A stretch of DNA of 63,966 bases, filler included. It is 6 parts of 6 records of this genome, joined end to end, with 100 filler letters (N's around TTAATTAATTAA, not from the genome) between each part and the next. Parts side by side here need not be neighbours in the genome. Positions count along the whole stretch, not along the records: positions 9,127 to 28,955 come from SRR2962707_1501; 5 more parts are not named here. One strand, 5' to 3'. A program made the position numbers and the translations under genes. How positions within the stretch are numbered: position 1 is the first letter of the stretch; each line of letters begins with the position of its first letter. Under the pieces are notes generated by a model that was not told where the DNA came from, did no database searches, and was given only the letters and a program-made list of their open reading frames with translations. Of the stretch, positions 18,283 through 28,465 are shown in pieces.

Positions 18283-20175
18283 ATGAAAACCGCCATCGCC
18301 ACAGTCTCGATTGCCGGTGATCTGCGCGAGAAACTCGCAGCCATCGCTGACGCCGGCTTCGACGGAGTCGAGATCTTCGAGAATGACTTTCTCGCCTATG
18401 ACGGCAGTCCACGTGATGTCGGGCAGATGGTGCGCGACCACGGGCTCGAGATCTCGTTGTTCCAGCCGTTCCGCGATTTCGAGGGCATGCCGGAGCCGCA
18501 ACGGGCCAAGGTGTTTGACCGGGCGGAGCGCAAGTTCGATCTGATGGGCGAACTCGGCGCCGATCTGGTGCTGATCTGCTCAAATGTCTCGCCCGCCTCG
18601 CTTGGCGGCATTGACCGTGCAGCGAAGGATTTTCACGAGCTCGGCGAGCGCGCGGCCAAGCGGAACATTCGCATTGGCTACGAAGCCCTTGCCTGGGGCC
18701 GGCACGTCAATGATCATCGTGATGCGTGGGAGATCGTCCGGCGGGCGGACCATGCCAATGTCGGCATCATTCTCGACTCGTTTCACACGCTGGCGCGCAA
18801 GATCGATCCGGAAACCATCCGCTCGATTCCCGGCGACAAGATCTTCTTCGTGCAGCTCGCCGATGCACCGAAGATCGACATGGATCTGCTCTACTGGAGC
18901 CGGCATTTCCGCAACATGCCGGGCGAGGGCGATCTCGATGTCTATGGTTTCATGCGGGCGGTTGCAGCCACCGGATATGACGGCACGTTGTCGCTGGAAA
19001 TCTTCAACGACCAGTTCCGTGGCGGCTCACCGAAATTCATCTCCGTCGACGGACACCGCTCGCTGGTCTACCTGATGGACCGGGTGCGGCGCGCCGAACC
19101 GGACATCAGGATCACCTGCCCCGAAATGCCCGACCGGATCGCTGTCAGTGGCGTCGAATTCATCGAGTTTGCGGCTGACGAAGAGGAAGCCAAAGAGATT
19201 GGCGGGCTGTTGCGCGTGCTCGGGTTCGAGCGGGCCCGGCGGCATGTCTCGAAAGATGTCGATCTGTGGCAACAGGGCGAGATCAACATCGTCATCAACA
19301 CCGAGCGGGAAGGCTTTGCCCACGCCTCGCATGTGGTTCACGGCATGAATGTCTGCGATATCGGTCTGAAGGTCGAGGATGCAGCAGCGACGGTGGAGCG
19401 GGCCAAGGCGCTGGATGCGGAGCCCTTCGACCAGCCGGTCGGGCCGGGTGAGCTGAAGATCCCGGCGATCCGGGGGCTTGGCGGTGGACTGATCCATTTC
19501 ATCGACGAACAGAGCGATCTGGCCAAGGTCTGGGACATCGAGTTCCGTCCTGTCGCTGATCAGAACAGCGCCGCGAGCACCGGTTTGACGCGGATCGATC
19601 ACGTTGCACAGACCATGAATTACGAGGAAATGCTGACCTCTCTGCTGTTCTACACGTCGATTTTCAAGACCGGCAAAACGCCGATGATCGATGTGGTCGA
19701 CCCGGCAGGACTGGTGCGCAGCCAGGCCATCGAGAACGAGGACGGCTCCCTCAGGATCACCCTGAACGGTGCTGAAAACCGGCGCACCCTGGCCGGGCAT
19801 TTCATCGCCGAGCGTTTTGGTTCAGCGGTACAGCATCTGGCGTTCGAAACTCGCGACATCTTCGCCACCGCTGCAGCCTTGTCGGCAAACGGCTTTCAGC
19901 CGCTGGAAATCTCGGCCAATTACTACGATGATCTCGAGGCCCGGTTCGATCTGGATCCGGCCTTCATCGAACGGCTGAAAAACGCCCACGCGCTTTATGA
20001 TCGCGATGAGCAGGGCGAGTATTTCCAGCTCTACAGTCCCGGCTTCGGAGAGGGCTTCTTCTTCGAGATCGTCGAGCGGCGCGGCGGCTATAGCGGCTAT
20101 GGCGCACCGAACGCCCAATTCCGCATCGCCGCGCAGAAGCGCCGCATGCGGCCAAAGGGCATGCCTAAATATTAG
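18283..20175 (+). CDS. quiC: 3-dehydroshikimate dehydratase, fusion type (xylose-isomerase-like TIM barrel + HPPD-like domain)
   Basis: MKTAIATVS, FQPFRDFEG, YEALAWG, WSRHFRNMPGEG, and C-terminal FFFEIVERRGGY.GYGAPNA; quinate/shikimate gene context. Confidence 0.88.
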   Translation: MKTAIATVSIAGDLREKLAAIADAGFDGVEIFENDFLAYDGSPRDVGQMVRDHGLEISLFQPFRDFEGMPEPQRAKVFDRAERKFDLMGELGADLVLICSNVSPASLGGIDRAAKDFHELGERAAKRNIRIGYEALAWGRHVNDHRDAWEIVRRADHANVGIILDSFHTLARKIDPETIRSIPGDKIFFVQLADAPKIDMDLLYWSRHFRNMPGEGDLDVYGFMRAVAATGYDGTLSLEIFNDQFRGGSPKFISVDGHRSLVYLMDRVRRAEPDIRITCPEMPDRIAVSGVEFIEFAADEEEAKEIGGLLRVLGFERARRHVSKDVDLWQQGEINIVINTEREGFAHASHVVHGMNVCDIGLKVEDAAATVERAKALDAEPFDQPVGPGELKIPAIRGLGGGLIHFIDEQSDLAKVWDIEFRPVADQNSAASTGLTRIDHVAQTMNYEEMLTSLLFYTSIFKTGKTPMIDVVDPAGLVRSQAIENEDGSLRITLNGAENRRTLAGHFIAERFGSAVQHLAFETRDIFATAAALSANGFQPLEISANYYDDLEARFDLDPAFIERLKNAHALYDRDEQGEYFQLYSPGFGEGFFFEIVERRGGYSGYGAPNAQFRIAAQKRRMRPKGMPKY

Positions 20176-20178
20176 AGC

Positions 20179-21597
20179 CTATCCGGCGGTGTGATGCCTG
20201 ATCCGGGCGATAGCCTTGGCGATGACTTCATGCGCCAGGGCTTCGGTTGCGGCCTCGCTGTAGACCCGCATTTCCGGCGCATTGCCGGACGGGCGCAGAT
20301 GGACGATGTCGCCGTTTTCAAGCGTCACCCTGAGGCCATCGGTCAGATCGGTCTTTGAGACTGCTCCGAGCGGTTCGAAGAATGCGGAGCGCGCTGCTGC
20401 ATCGTTCGACAGCTCGGCAACCAGCGCCTGACTGGTGGCAGTGGGGAAATTCTCGATCCGGTCACTGGCAGCGACCGGCAGGCCGAGACCGGCGACATGG
20501 GCCGACAGCGATTGTCCGGCAGCGCGCGCGGCGGCAAAGGCACAGAGGATCGGCAGCACGCTGTCGCGCGTCGGCAGCGCCACGAGGTCCGCAGTCCCGG
20601 CCTTGATGGCATTGCCCGTCAGCACGCCGCCATTGGCCTCGAACCCGATGACACGATGCCTGCCGTGTGCGAGCGCTTCCGCCATCCCAGCAATGACGAA
20701 GGGCGAACCGACCCTGGTGCGGCTGACCTCGGCCTCGCACTGGCGCTCGATGCCTGAATTCGAGGTCACCGGTGTGACGATCGCATCGGCGTGAAGATAC
20801 CGCGCGACAATCAGGCCCAGCGCATCGCCCCTGAGCACCTGTCCGGTCTCGTCAACGACCAGCGGCCGGTCTCCATCGCCGTCGGCGGACACCAGCCCGT
20901 CAAGCGCTTCGGAACGGACCCAGCCGGCAGCCAGGCTCCTTGTTTCCTCGGAAACCGCCTCGGTATCGACCGGAATGAACACTTCGGATTTACCCAAGCG
21001 CACCACGTCCACCCCTGCGCCCTCAAGAATGGCGGCGAGGCAATCGCTGGCTGCCGAGCTGTGCTCGTAGAGGCCGATGCGCAGCCCGTGCAGCAGTCCT
21101 TCAGGCACAAAGCCGCGATAGCGTTCGATAAAGGCGGCGTTGGCCTCGAGCGACTGGTCGCGCATCAGTTGCGGCGCCGCCTCATCAGCCGACCTGCACT
21201 GCGGTGCAAGGCTTGAAATCGCCGCCTCGTCATTCTTGTCGATCTCGCCATCGGGGCGGTAGAACTTGACGCCGTTGCGGTCATCGGGGATATGCGATCC
21301 GGTGATCATCAGCGCAGCCGCGCCCTGGCCCATGGCATGCAGCGCCAGCGCCGGGGTTGGCAGCACGCCGCAATCCACCGGTTCCAGCCCTTCATCAAAC
21401 ATCGCCGAAGCGCATTGTGCCGCAATCACCGGGCTTGAGGCGCGCATGTCACGGCCGATGAAAACCGCCGCACCCTCGCGCGCCATGCCGGACGATTTCA
21501 GGTGACGGGCGAAGGCCCGGGCATGGGCGGCCGCCGTGCCGTCGGTGAGGTCGCCGACAAGGCCGCGAAGCCCGCTTGTGCCGAATTTTGCAACCAT
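20179..21597 (-). CDS. manB: Phosphomannomutase (NoeK/ManB-like)
   Basis: FGTSGLRG, TGSHIP, DGDGDRP, GFEANGG, HLRPSGNAPE. Confidence 0.92.
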   Translation of the reverse strand: MVAKFGTSGLRGLVGDLTDGTAAAHARAFARHLKSSGMAREGAAVFIGRDMRASSPVIAAQCASAMFDEGLEPVDCGVLPTPALALHAMGQGAAALMITGSHIPDDRNGVKFYRPDGEIDKNDEAAISSLAPQCRSADEAAPQLMRDQSLEANAAFIERYRGFVPEGLLHGLRIGLYEHSSAASDCLAAILEGAGVDVVRLGKSEVFIPVDTEAVSEETRSLAAGWVRSEALDGLVSADGDGDRPLVVDETGQVLRGDALGLIVARYLHADAIVTPVTSNSGIERQCEAEVSRTRVGSPFVIAGMAEALAHGRHRVIGFEANGGVLTGNAIKAGTADLVALPTRDSVLPILCAFAAARAAGQSLSAHVAGLGLPVAASDRIENFPTATSQALVAELSNDAAARSAFFEPLGAVSKTDLTDGLRVTLENGDIVHLRPSGNAPEMRVYSEAATEALAHEVIAKAIARIRHHTAG

Positions 21598-21677
21598 GTC
21601 CGTCTGTCTCCCGTTCGTCCGGGCCCGCGCAAGCGCGCCCTCGTCACATGTTCAGGTGTTATATCTCTGCGCGGCCT

Positions 21678-23924
21678 TCAGGGCAGCATCTCCTCGTGCC
21701 GGAGATACTCCACCAGCGCGCAGAACACATGGTAAAACGTGCTTGCCGGCATGTCCTTCGAGATCACCCGGCCATTCGCATCGATCTGGTCGTACCAGCC
21801 GCCCGGCGCCGGTGTCGTCAGATAGCGGTTGAAGATAACGTCGAGCATCCGGATGAACAGCGTCTCGTCACCCGGAAGCCCTTCGGCGCGCGCCAGCAGA
21901 CCGGCTTTCAGCGCCTCGGTCTGGCACCAGAGCCGGGCCGTGCCGAGCATCGCCGAGCCGTCAGGCGCCATGGAATCGCAGACCGCATCGGTGCCGCGGG
22001 CATGACCGAAGGCGTGACTGGTGGCATAAAGCTTGCGGCAATATTCCTTCAGCTCGGGCTGATTGGCAAAGCGCGCCTGACGCAAGAGCAGCCAGACCCA
22101 TTCATAATGATGGCCGGGCTCAACCCGGGCCGGCTTGTCCTTGCGCACCGACCAGTCGCGCTCGAAATGCTCGGTGACACTCCAGCTTTCAGGATCGAAG
22201 AACACCGTGGTGAAGAGATCGATTGCGGTCTGGGCACGATCGAGGAATGCCTGCTCGCCGGTGACCTCGTACCAGGCCTGCATGGCTTCGAGATAATGCA
22301 TGTGCGGGTTGGCCCGGCGGTAATCGAGCCGCAGGCTTGATTCATAAAATCCGCCATTGGTCTGGTCGACAAGATGCGCATCCATATAGGCAATGGTGCG
22401 ATCGGCCCAGACGCGGGCTTCGGGCCATTTCGTGGCCTTCCACAGCCATGCCAGCGCCAGCAGCACGAAACACTGGTCATAGGTATCGCGTTGCGAATCC
22501 TTCACCGTCCCATCGGGGTTCCACAGATGGATCCAGCCGCCATCGGGGTGCCATCCGGTGGTGGTCAGCGTGGTGAAACAATGGCCGAGAGCCTCGCGCG
22601 CATCGCCATCCCAGCCGAGCAATTCGGCATTGGCGAAGCAATAGATCTGCCGGGCCAGAACCCTCAGCCGCTTGAAGCCAAGATCCGCCGGGCTGCCGTC
22701 ATGATTGAGCGCTTCGTACACGCCGCCATGAACGCGGTCGACGCCGGCACCGGCCCAGAGCGGCAGCGCGGTGTCGAACAGCCATTTGCGGATGACGCGC
22801 GGCGATGGCACCGGCCGTCCGGAATGGGCGACCGCCAGTGGCGGCCATTCGCCGCTGGTCTTGACCTGGCCGGCAATGTCCTTGACCAGATGGGCCTTGT
22901 CGCGATGAACGATCAGAAGCGCATCGGGTTGGGACACCACGATGATATTATCAAGCCCGGCAACGGCCAGCAGCCGGTCTTCGGAGCGCAGATAGCTGTT
23001 GGAGACATCGATGGTCAGCACATCGCCAAACCGGGCATTGCCGCTCTCATCCAGCGATGATCCGTCATGCAACTGGTTCCACGACCCCAGATCGTTCCAG
23101 CCAAAGCTTGCAGCAACCACACCGATGCTGGGCGCGTTTTCCATCACCGCATAATCGATCGAAATTTTCGGGCTGGCGGCGAAGGCGTCCGGATCGAGGC
23201 GGTAGCATTTGCCTTCGACATCGGCGCGCTCGACGGCGAGCCTCGCCTGCGCCCAGACTTGCGGCTGCTGGCGGGCAAGCTCGGCGCCCATTTCGCCGGC
23301 GCGGAACATGAAAATGCCTGCATTCCAAAAAAACCGGCCCGAGCGAAGAAAGGTCTCGGCGGTCTCGAGATCGGGTTTTTCGCGAAACCGCGACACATCG
23401 TAGACCGGGCCGCCACCGTCACCGCGCTCGATATAGCCGTACTGGGTTTCGGGCCGCGTCGGGGCAATGCCGATGGTCATGATGCCGCCGCGTTCAGCAA
23501 GCGCCTGCGCGCCGGTGCGGATCACGTCAAAGAATGCCGCCACATCTGAAATCTGGTGGTCGGATGGCAGCACAAGCACCATCCGGTCGGGATCGGTTTC
23601 GGCCAGATCCACGATCGAGGCGGCGATGGCCGCGGCCGTGTCGCGGATCAGCGGCTCAAGCACATAGCGCTCGACCTCGACGCTGCTGGTTTCGCCCTGT
23701 TCTGTCAGCAGAGATTCAAAGGCGATGCCGCCGACAACCCGGGTCGGCAGATAGCGCAAGCCGTCGCCCTTGTGGTCAACGCGCTCAAGCGTGTTTGTCA
23801 GCAGGGTCTTGTCGTTGACCAGCCGGTGGAACTGTTTCGGCTTGGAATCCCGCGACATCGGCCAGAGCCTGGATCCTGCACCGCCGCACAGGATGACCGG
23901 CGTGATGGTATGGCTTGAGACCAT
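21678..23924 (-). CDS. manC: Fusion of mannose-1-phosphate guanylyltransferase and AGE-family epimerase (type III mannose-6-phosphate isomerase-like)
   Basis: N-terminal VILCGGAGSRLWPMSR..PKQF, WNAGIF, SIDYAVME, WNDLGSW. C-terminal ARQIYCF, RANPHMHYLEA, VEPGHHYEW, RLWCQTE, PASTFYH. Confidence 0.9.
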   Translation of the reverse strand: MVSSHTITPVILCGGAGSRLWPMSRDSKPKQFHRLVNDKTLLTNTLERVDHKGDGLRYLPTRVVGGIAFESLLTEQGETSSVEVERYVLEPLIRDTAAAIAASIVDLAETDPDRMVLVLPSDHQISDVAAFFDVIRTGAQALAERGGIMTIGIAPTRPETQYGYIERGDGGGPVYDVSRFREKPDLETAETFLRSGRFFWNAGIFMFRAGEMGAELARQQPQVWAQARLAVERADVEGKCYRLDPDAFAASPKISIDYAVMENAPSIGVVAASFGWNDLGSWNQLHDGSSLDESGNARFGDVLTIDVSNSYLRSEDRLLAVAGLDNIIVVSQPDALLIVHRDKAHLVKDIAGQVKTSGEWPPLAVAHSGRPVPSPRVIRKWLFDTALPLWAGAGVDRVHGGVYEALNHDGSPADLGFKRLRVLARQIYCFANAELLGWDGDAREALGHCFTTLTTTGWHPDGGWIHLWNPDGTVKDSQRDTYDQCFVLLALAWLWKATKWPEARVWADRTIAYMDAHLVDQTNGGFYESSLRLDYRRANPHMHYLEAMQAWYEVTGEQAFLDRAQTAIDLFTTVFFDPESWSVTEHFERDWSVRKDKPARVEPGHHYEWVWLLLRQARFANQPELKEYCRKLYATSHAFGHARGTDAVCDSMAPDGSAMLGTARLWCQTEALKAGLLARAEGLPGDETLFIRMLDVIFNRYLTTPAPGGWYDQIDANGRVISKDMPASTFYHVFCALVEYLRHEEMLP

Positions 23925-24060
23925 GATATGCTCCGATGTGCGCGGCTGTCTGGTGATAGTGCCGGGGCAGTTTAGTGGAATGGCTTATTAAAACAGGAAA
24001 AAGTGAAAAATCCTCTCACGCGATCAATACGCTACGTCCTTCCGACCGCATCGGCGTGCG

Positions 24061-25050
24061 TTACAGGGGGGCAGGGTTTTCAGCCTTGATCGGACGGGAC
24101 ATCAGCGTGGTGCGGGCTTCATCAGCCGACATTTCGCCCGACAACACCAATCCGGCCGTCTGCATCACCGGGCATGAGATCTTGTGTCGGGCCGCAATAT
24201 CATTGGCAATGGACACCGTATAGACACCTTCGGCCAGTTTCAGGCCGGATACATCCTGGCCGCGGCCAACCGCGATGCCGTAGGAGAAGTTGCGTGACAG
24301 TTCCGAGGAACAGGTCAGGACGAGATCTCCGAGGCCGGACAAGCCCATCAGAGTGTCGGCCCGGGCCCCCATGGCCACGCCCAGCCGCACCAGTTCGGCA
24401 TAGCCCCGGGTGATCAGCGCCGCTTCGGCGCTGGCTCCCATACCGCCGCCACGGCATATCCCGACCGCAATCGCCATGACGTTTTTCAGCGAGCCGCCAA
24501 TCTGCGCGCCCATCGTGTCGTCAGATGCATAGAGCCGGATGGCGTCGCCCGACAGGTCCTGCGCCATGGACTGCGCCATCTCCTGTTCCGGCAGGGCGAG
24601 TGTCAGCGCCGTGGGCAGACCGCGCACGACATCAGCCGCAAAACTCGGACCGGAAAGAACGCCCACCACGTGATCAGGCAGCTTTTCGCTGATCACTTCG
24701 CCCTGGGTCTGGCCGGTGCGGCTGTCTATGCCCTTGGCACAGGCAATGAGCACAGCCTCCGCGGGCAAATGCGGTGCCGCCTGAGCGGCGACGTCACCTG
24801 TGGATTGGGCCGGGGCGACAAACAGAACAATCTCTGCATGCTCCAGCGCTTGAGCCATATCGGGCGTCGCCTTGAGCTTTTCCGGCAGACCGGCATCGCC
24901 GAGATAGACCTCGTTGCTATGCTTGAGCGAAATCTCTTCACAGGTCGCGGCATTGCGGCCCCACATGGACACATCGTGCCCTTGCCGCACGAAGGCGGCA
25001 GCCAGTGCGGTTCCCCAGGCGCCGGTACCGAGAATGCAGATTCGGGACAT
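24061..25050 (-). CDS. gpsA: NAD(P)H-dependent glycerol-3-phosphate dehydrogenase
   Basis: GTGAWGTALA, CAKGI, LSGPSFA, GGSLKNV, GLSGLGDLVLTCSS..SRN. Confidence 0.93.
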   Translation of the reverse strand: MSRICILGTGAWGTALAAAFVRQGHDVSMWGRNAATCEEISLKHSNEVYLGDAGLPEKLKATPDMAQALEHAEIVLFVAPAQSTGDVAAQAAPHLPAEAVLIACAKGIDSRTGQTQGEVISEKLPDHVVGVLSGPSFAADVVRGLPTALTLALPEQEMAQSMAQDLSGDAIRLYASDDTMGAQIGGSLKNVMAIAVGICRGGGMGASAEAALITRGYAELVRLGVAMGARADTLMGLSGLGDLVLTCSSELSRNFSYGIAVGRGQDVSGLKLAEGVYTVSIANDIAARHKISCPVMQTAGLVLSGEMSADEARTTLMSRPIKAENPAPL

Positions 25051-25171
25051 GGGCGTAGGTCCTTCACGGTTGGTGCTGGGTCTGAAGCAAACGGTTGCTG
25101 CTCTGTCCAATCACTTAGTCAGCCTTGGCCATGCTGGCAAGCAACCAGCTGCCTCGGTTGCCGTCAGCGGG

Positions 25172-26491
25172 TCAGGCTGCAGATTGTTCCTGCTCCAGCG
25201 CCATAGCCGTGCGGCGCCAGAAATCAGACAGGACGGCGGGGTCGCGCATGGCCTCCATCTGCCGCCATTGCGGGAACGAGGCCTCGAACATTGCCGCCGA
25301 CATGCGCTGATCCTTGTAGGGATTGAGTGCGCCACCAGCTGCCATCACGATCTCGTCCAGCGCGTCGAGCATCCTCAAGGTCTGCTCGCCGGAATTGGCG
25401 AAATCCAATGTCAGGGTAAACCCCGGACGTGGAAACGACATCAGGCCCGGGGAAGGCACATCGCCAAAGCGCTTGAGCACAGTCAGAAATGACGACGCAC
25501 CATGCTTCTGGGCACATTCGATCAGCGCAACGGTGGTCTCTCGAGCGCTCTCGGATGGATAAACGCTCTGATGCTGGAACAGCCCGCGCGGGCCATATAG
25601 CCGGTTCCAGCCGGTGATCGCATCCAGCGGATGGAAATAGGATGACCAAGGCACGATGCCGGTGAGCGGCTGCTTCGGCGCCCGGCGGTAGTACACTTCA
25701 TTGAAGGCGGTGAGCGTCAGCCGGTTGAGCAGGTTGACCGGCGGAGAAAACGGAACCGACAGTTTTGGCGCTGACGGGGGCTTGGCCGGACCACCATCGT
25801 CAGTGTGATCGCCTGCCATCAACACCCCGCGCCCAAGCTTGCCGCCGCGGGCAAGCTGGTCGATCCAGGCGACCGAATATTCATGGGTTGCGTCGATCTC
25901 GTCAATCGTATCGAAATATCCGTCGATACCTGCAAACCGGAACGCGGTCTGACGCACATTGGCGGAGGGCACCCGCATCAAGCTTATCGTCGCCTGCTCG
26001 ATGATTCCGGTCAGCCCCATGCCGCCGATGGTGGCGTTGAACAGGTCGGCATTGCTGTCCGGTGAACAGGTCTTGCGCACCCCGTCACTGCCGAGCAGAG
26101 AAAACGTCACAACCGAGCGGCCAAAGGTGCCGCGGCGGTGATGGTTCTTGCCATGAACGTCATTGGCGATAGCGCCGCCGAGTGTCACCTGTGCGGTGCC
26201 GGGCGTGACCTCGAGAAAATAGCCATGCGGCATCACGCTCGCGAGAATGTCCGACAGCAAGACGCCCGCATCGGCTGTCAGCAGGCCGGTGTCGGGATCA
26301 AAGGCGCTAATGGCGGCTCCGGGCCGCATCGGCAACAGCCGGCCCTGATCATTGTGACAACTGTCGCCATAGGACCGGCCATTGCCAAAGGGCAGGAAGC
26401 TGCCCGCTGCCGTGCGCCGGAAGTCCGCAGCATCAGCCGTCGCCCGCGACTTGCGCCGCACCCTGCCCCAACTGTCGAACTGAACGCCCAT
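25172..26491 (-). CDS. FAD-binding oxidoreductase, DprE1-like (decaprenylphosphoryl-ribose oxidase family)
   Basis: GNGRSYGDS, PGTAQVTLGGAIANDVHGKNHH, YSVAWID, WNRLYG, SFLTVLKRFG, GFTLTLDF. Confidence 0.88.
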   Translation of the reverse strand: MGVQFDSWGRVRRKSRATADAADFRRTAAGSFLPFGNGRSYGDSCHNDQGRLLPMRPGAAISAFDPDTGLLTADAGVLLSDILASVMPHGYFLEVTPGTAQVTLGGAIANDVHGKNHHRRGTFGRSVVTFSLLGSDGVRKTCSPDSNADLFNATIGGMGLTGIIEQATISLMRVPSANVRQTAFRFAGIDGYFDTIDEIDATHEYSVAWIDQLARGGKLGRGVLMAGDHTDDGGPAKPPSAPKLSVPFSPPVNLLNRLTLTAFNEVYYRRAPKQPLTGIVPWSSYFHPLDAITGWNRLYGPRGLFQHQSVYPSESARETTVALIECAQKHGASSFLTVLKRFGDVPSPGLMSFPRPGFTLTLDFANSGEQTLRMLDALDEIVMAAGGALNPYKDQRMSAAMFEASFPQWRQMEAMRDPAVLSDFWRRTAMALEQEQSAA

Positions 26492-26496
26492 CGCCG

Positions 26497-27936
26497 TCAG
26501 AACTGAAACGCGGCAAGCAGCACCAGGCCTGCGCCGACAATTGTCGTCACCTGGCTGCGCCAGTCGCGCATTATGAACACAACCGGATCTTCATGCATCT
26601 GCGAGCGACGGGCGAGAATCCAGATTCTGAGCAGCATGTAGAGAATCAACGGACAGAGCGGCCAGAGCAGAGCCGGCTGAGGATACATCGAGGCCACTTC
26701 CTTGCTGTCGACATAGAGTGCGAGAACCATGGCCGCGGAGAATGCGGCTGCAATTCCGGCCTGTCCGATCATGTCCTTGTCGCTGCCCACATAGCTGCGG
26801 CCCTTGAGCTGCTCGTCCGACTCCTCCGCCAGCTCGTCGAGTTCGACGTAACGTTTGACCAGCGCCAGGCTGAGGAAGAAGAAGATCGAGAACGCCAGCA
26901 GCCAGAACGAAAGGTCGACACCGGTTGCCGCGGCACCGGCGACAATTCGCACGGTGTAAAGGCCGGCAAGCGTGAACACGTCGACCAACAGCTTGCGCTT
27001 CAGAAGGAAAGTGTAAACGGTCGTGACCACAGCATAGAACGCCAGAACGCCCCAGAACATTGGCGGCAACAGGCTGGCCAGGCCGACAGACGCCAGCAGC
27101 AGAATGACCGCAGTGACACTGATAACCGGGATCGATACCGTTCCTGAGGCCAAAGGGCGCAACCGCTTGCGCGGATGCAGACGATCATTGGCCAGATCCG
27201 AAATGTCATTGACGATATAGACCGTCGACGCCAGGAAACTGAACGAGAAGAAAGCCGCAAGCGCTGCCAGCAGAAGATTGGAATCGGCAATCTCGTGATT
27301 GAGGACCAGTGGAACCGCGATCAGAATATTCTTGAGCCACTGGTGCACGCGAATGGACTTGAGAATTGCCAGCGGTGTTATTTTTTTCAAAGGCAGCATC
27401 TCCGCGTCATTGGCGCGTCCCCAACGGCTGGCGGCCCGATCCGGGGCAACGACAATGGCGCGCCTTGCAGCATCGAAGACCGCCAGATCATCACGGCTGT
27501 TGCCGGCGTAGTCAAAACCGCCGTCGCCGCACAGCGACACCAGCCGTTCGCGTTTGCGGCGGGATGTAAGGTTCTCGGTGTCGGTTGAATGCAGGACGCG
27601 ATCAAACACGCCAAGGTGATCAGCAATGATTTTCGCTGTGGATTCTGCGGCGCCCGTGACCAGCCACACCGGCTGCCCGGCGTTGCGGGCAATCTTGATT
27701 CGCTCAATCACTTCGGCACGGTAGGGCCACTCGGTGCCCTTGCGGACATAACGGGCGGCGATCTCGCGCTTGAGCACCGCCTTGCCGGCGATAGCCCAGG
27801 CAATGACAGCAAAAAACAACCAGGGCCGGCGAATCAGCACCGAGGCCAGGCCTTCCCAAAGCGTATCGGTCGCGATCAGCGTTCCATCGAGATCAATGCA
27901 AAGCGGCACATTCCGGTTGTCGCTCACTGCATCCAT
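26497..27936 (-). CDS. HAD-like + UbiA prenyltransferase (NoeC / decaprenyl-phosphate phosphoribosyltransferase-like)
   Basis: N-terminal DLDGTL...YAGNS.DD HAD domain; R.HQW.KN, YIVNDISD...DR.HP.KR.RPLASG, KRYVEL, HEDPVVF. Confidence 0.9.
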   Translation of the reverse strand: MDAVSDNRNVPLCIDLDGTLIATDTLWEGLASVLIRRPWLFFAVIAWAIAGKAVLKREIAARYVRKGTEWPYRAEVIERIKIARNAGQPVWLVTGAAESTAKIIADHLGVFDRVLHSTDTENLTSRRKRERLVSLCGDGGFDYAGNSRDDLAVFDAARRAIVVAPDRAASRWGRANDAEMLPLKKITPLAILKSIRVHQWLKNILIAVPLVLNHEIADSNLLLAALAAFFSFSFLASTVYIVNDISDLANDRLHPRKRLRPLASGTVSIPVISVTAVILLLASVGLASLLPPMFWGVLAFYAVVTTVYTFLLKRKLLVDVFTLAGLYTVRIVAGAAATGVDLSFWLLAFSIFFFLSLALVKRYVELDELAEESDEQLKGRSYVGSDKDMIGQAGIAAAFSAAMVLALYVDSKEVASMYPQPALLWPLCPLILYMLLRIWILARRSQMHEDPVVFIMRDWRSQVTTIVGAGLVLLAAFQF

Positions 27937-28165
27937 GACTGTTTCCCCCGCTTTTGTCCGGTCACACATTCGGCGAAAAACACTTCGATTCCGATAAATA
28001 TAGCCTCATCCGGCATGCTTTTGCGGGTTTGAAAGCGCGATTTTACCCGGCGTGGTTATCAAACAGTTGCAGCAGAGATTTCAGCCTGCGACAGCGCGGC
28101 CACGTGGTGACGACGCGAGTTGATCTATCGCTTCCCGGGCAACATCGGCATGAAATCCCCACGCC

Positions 28166-28465
28166 TCACACATCGTCTTCCCAATTCTGACCACCGTAAA
28201 ACAGGCGCAGGATGGTGACTGTCAGATCCGAGACCATGAATGCGATGGTGACGCGGCCTTCAAAGCCGATAACGCGCAAGCCGGTACGGATGTCATCACG
28301 GGCATGTCCGCGCTCCGACGCCAGATCGAAACCGTTGCAATAGGTTCCGATCCGTTCGATGTAAGCCAGCGCCACATCAGGGCTCGCTTTGGCGCTGATC
28401 CACTCATAGACCGCCAATAAATCTGCGCGCGCTTCCGGCGCAAAGATAATGTCGCGCTGTTTCAC
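28166..28465 (-). CDS. RelE/ParE-family toxin
   Basis: IIFAPEARADL, GHARDDIRTGLR, ILRLFYGGQ; 4-nt overlap with the antitoxin. Confidence 0.88.
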   Translation of the reverse strand: MKQRDIIFAPEARADLLAVYEWISAKASPDVALAYIERIGTYCNGFDLASERGHARDDIRTGLRVIGFEGRVTIAFMVSDLTVTILRLFYGGQNWEDDV

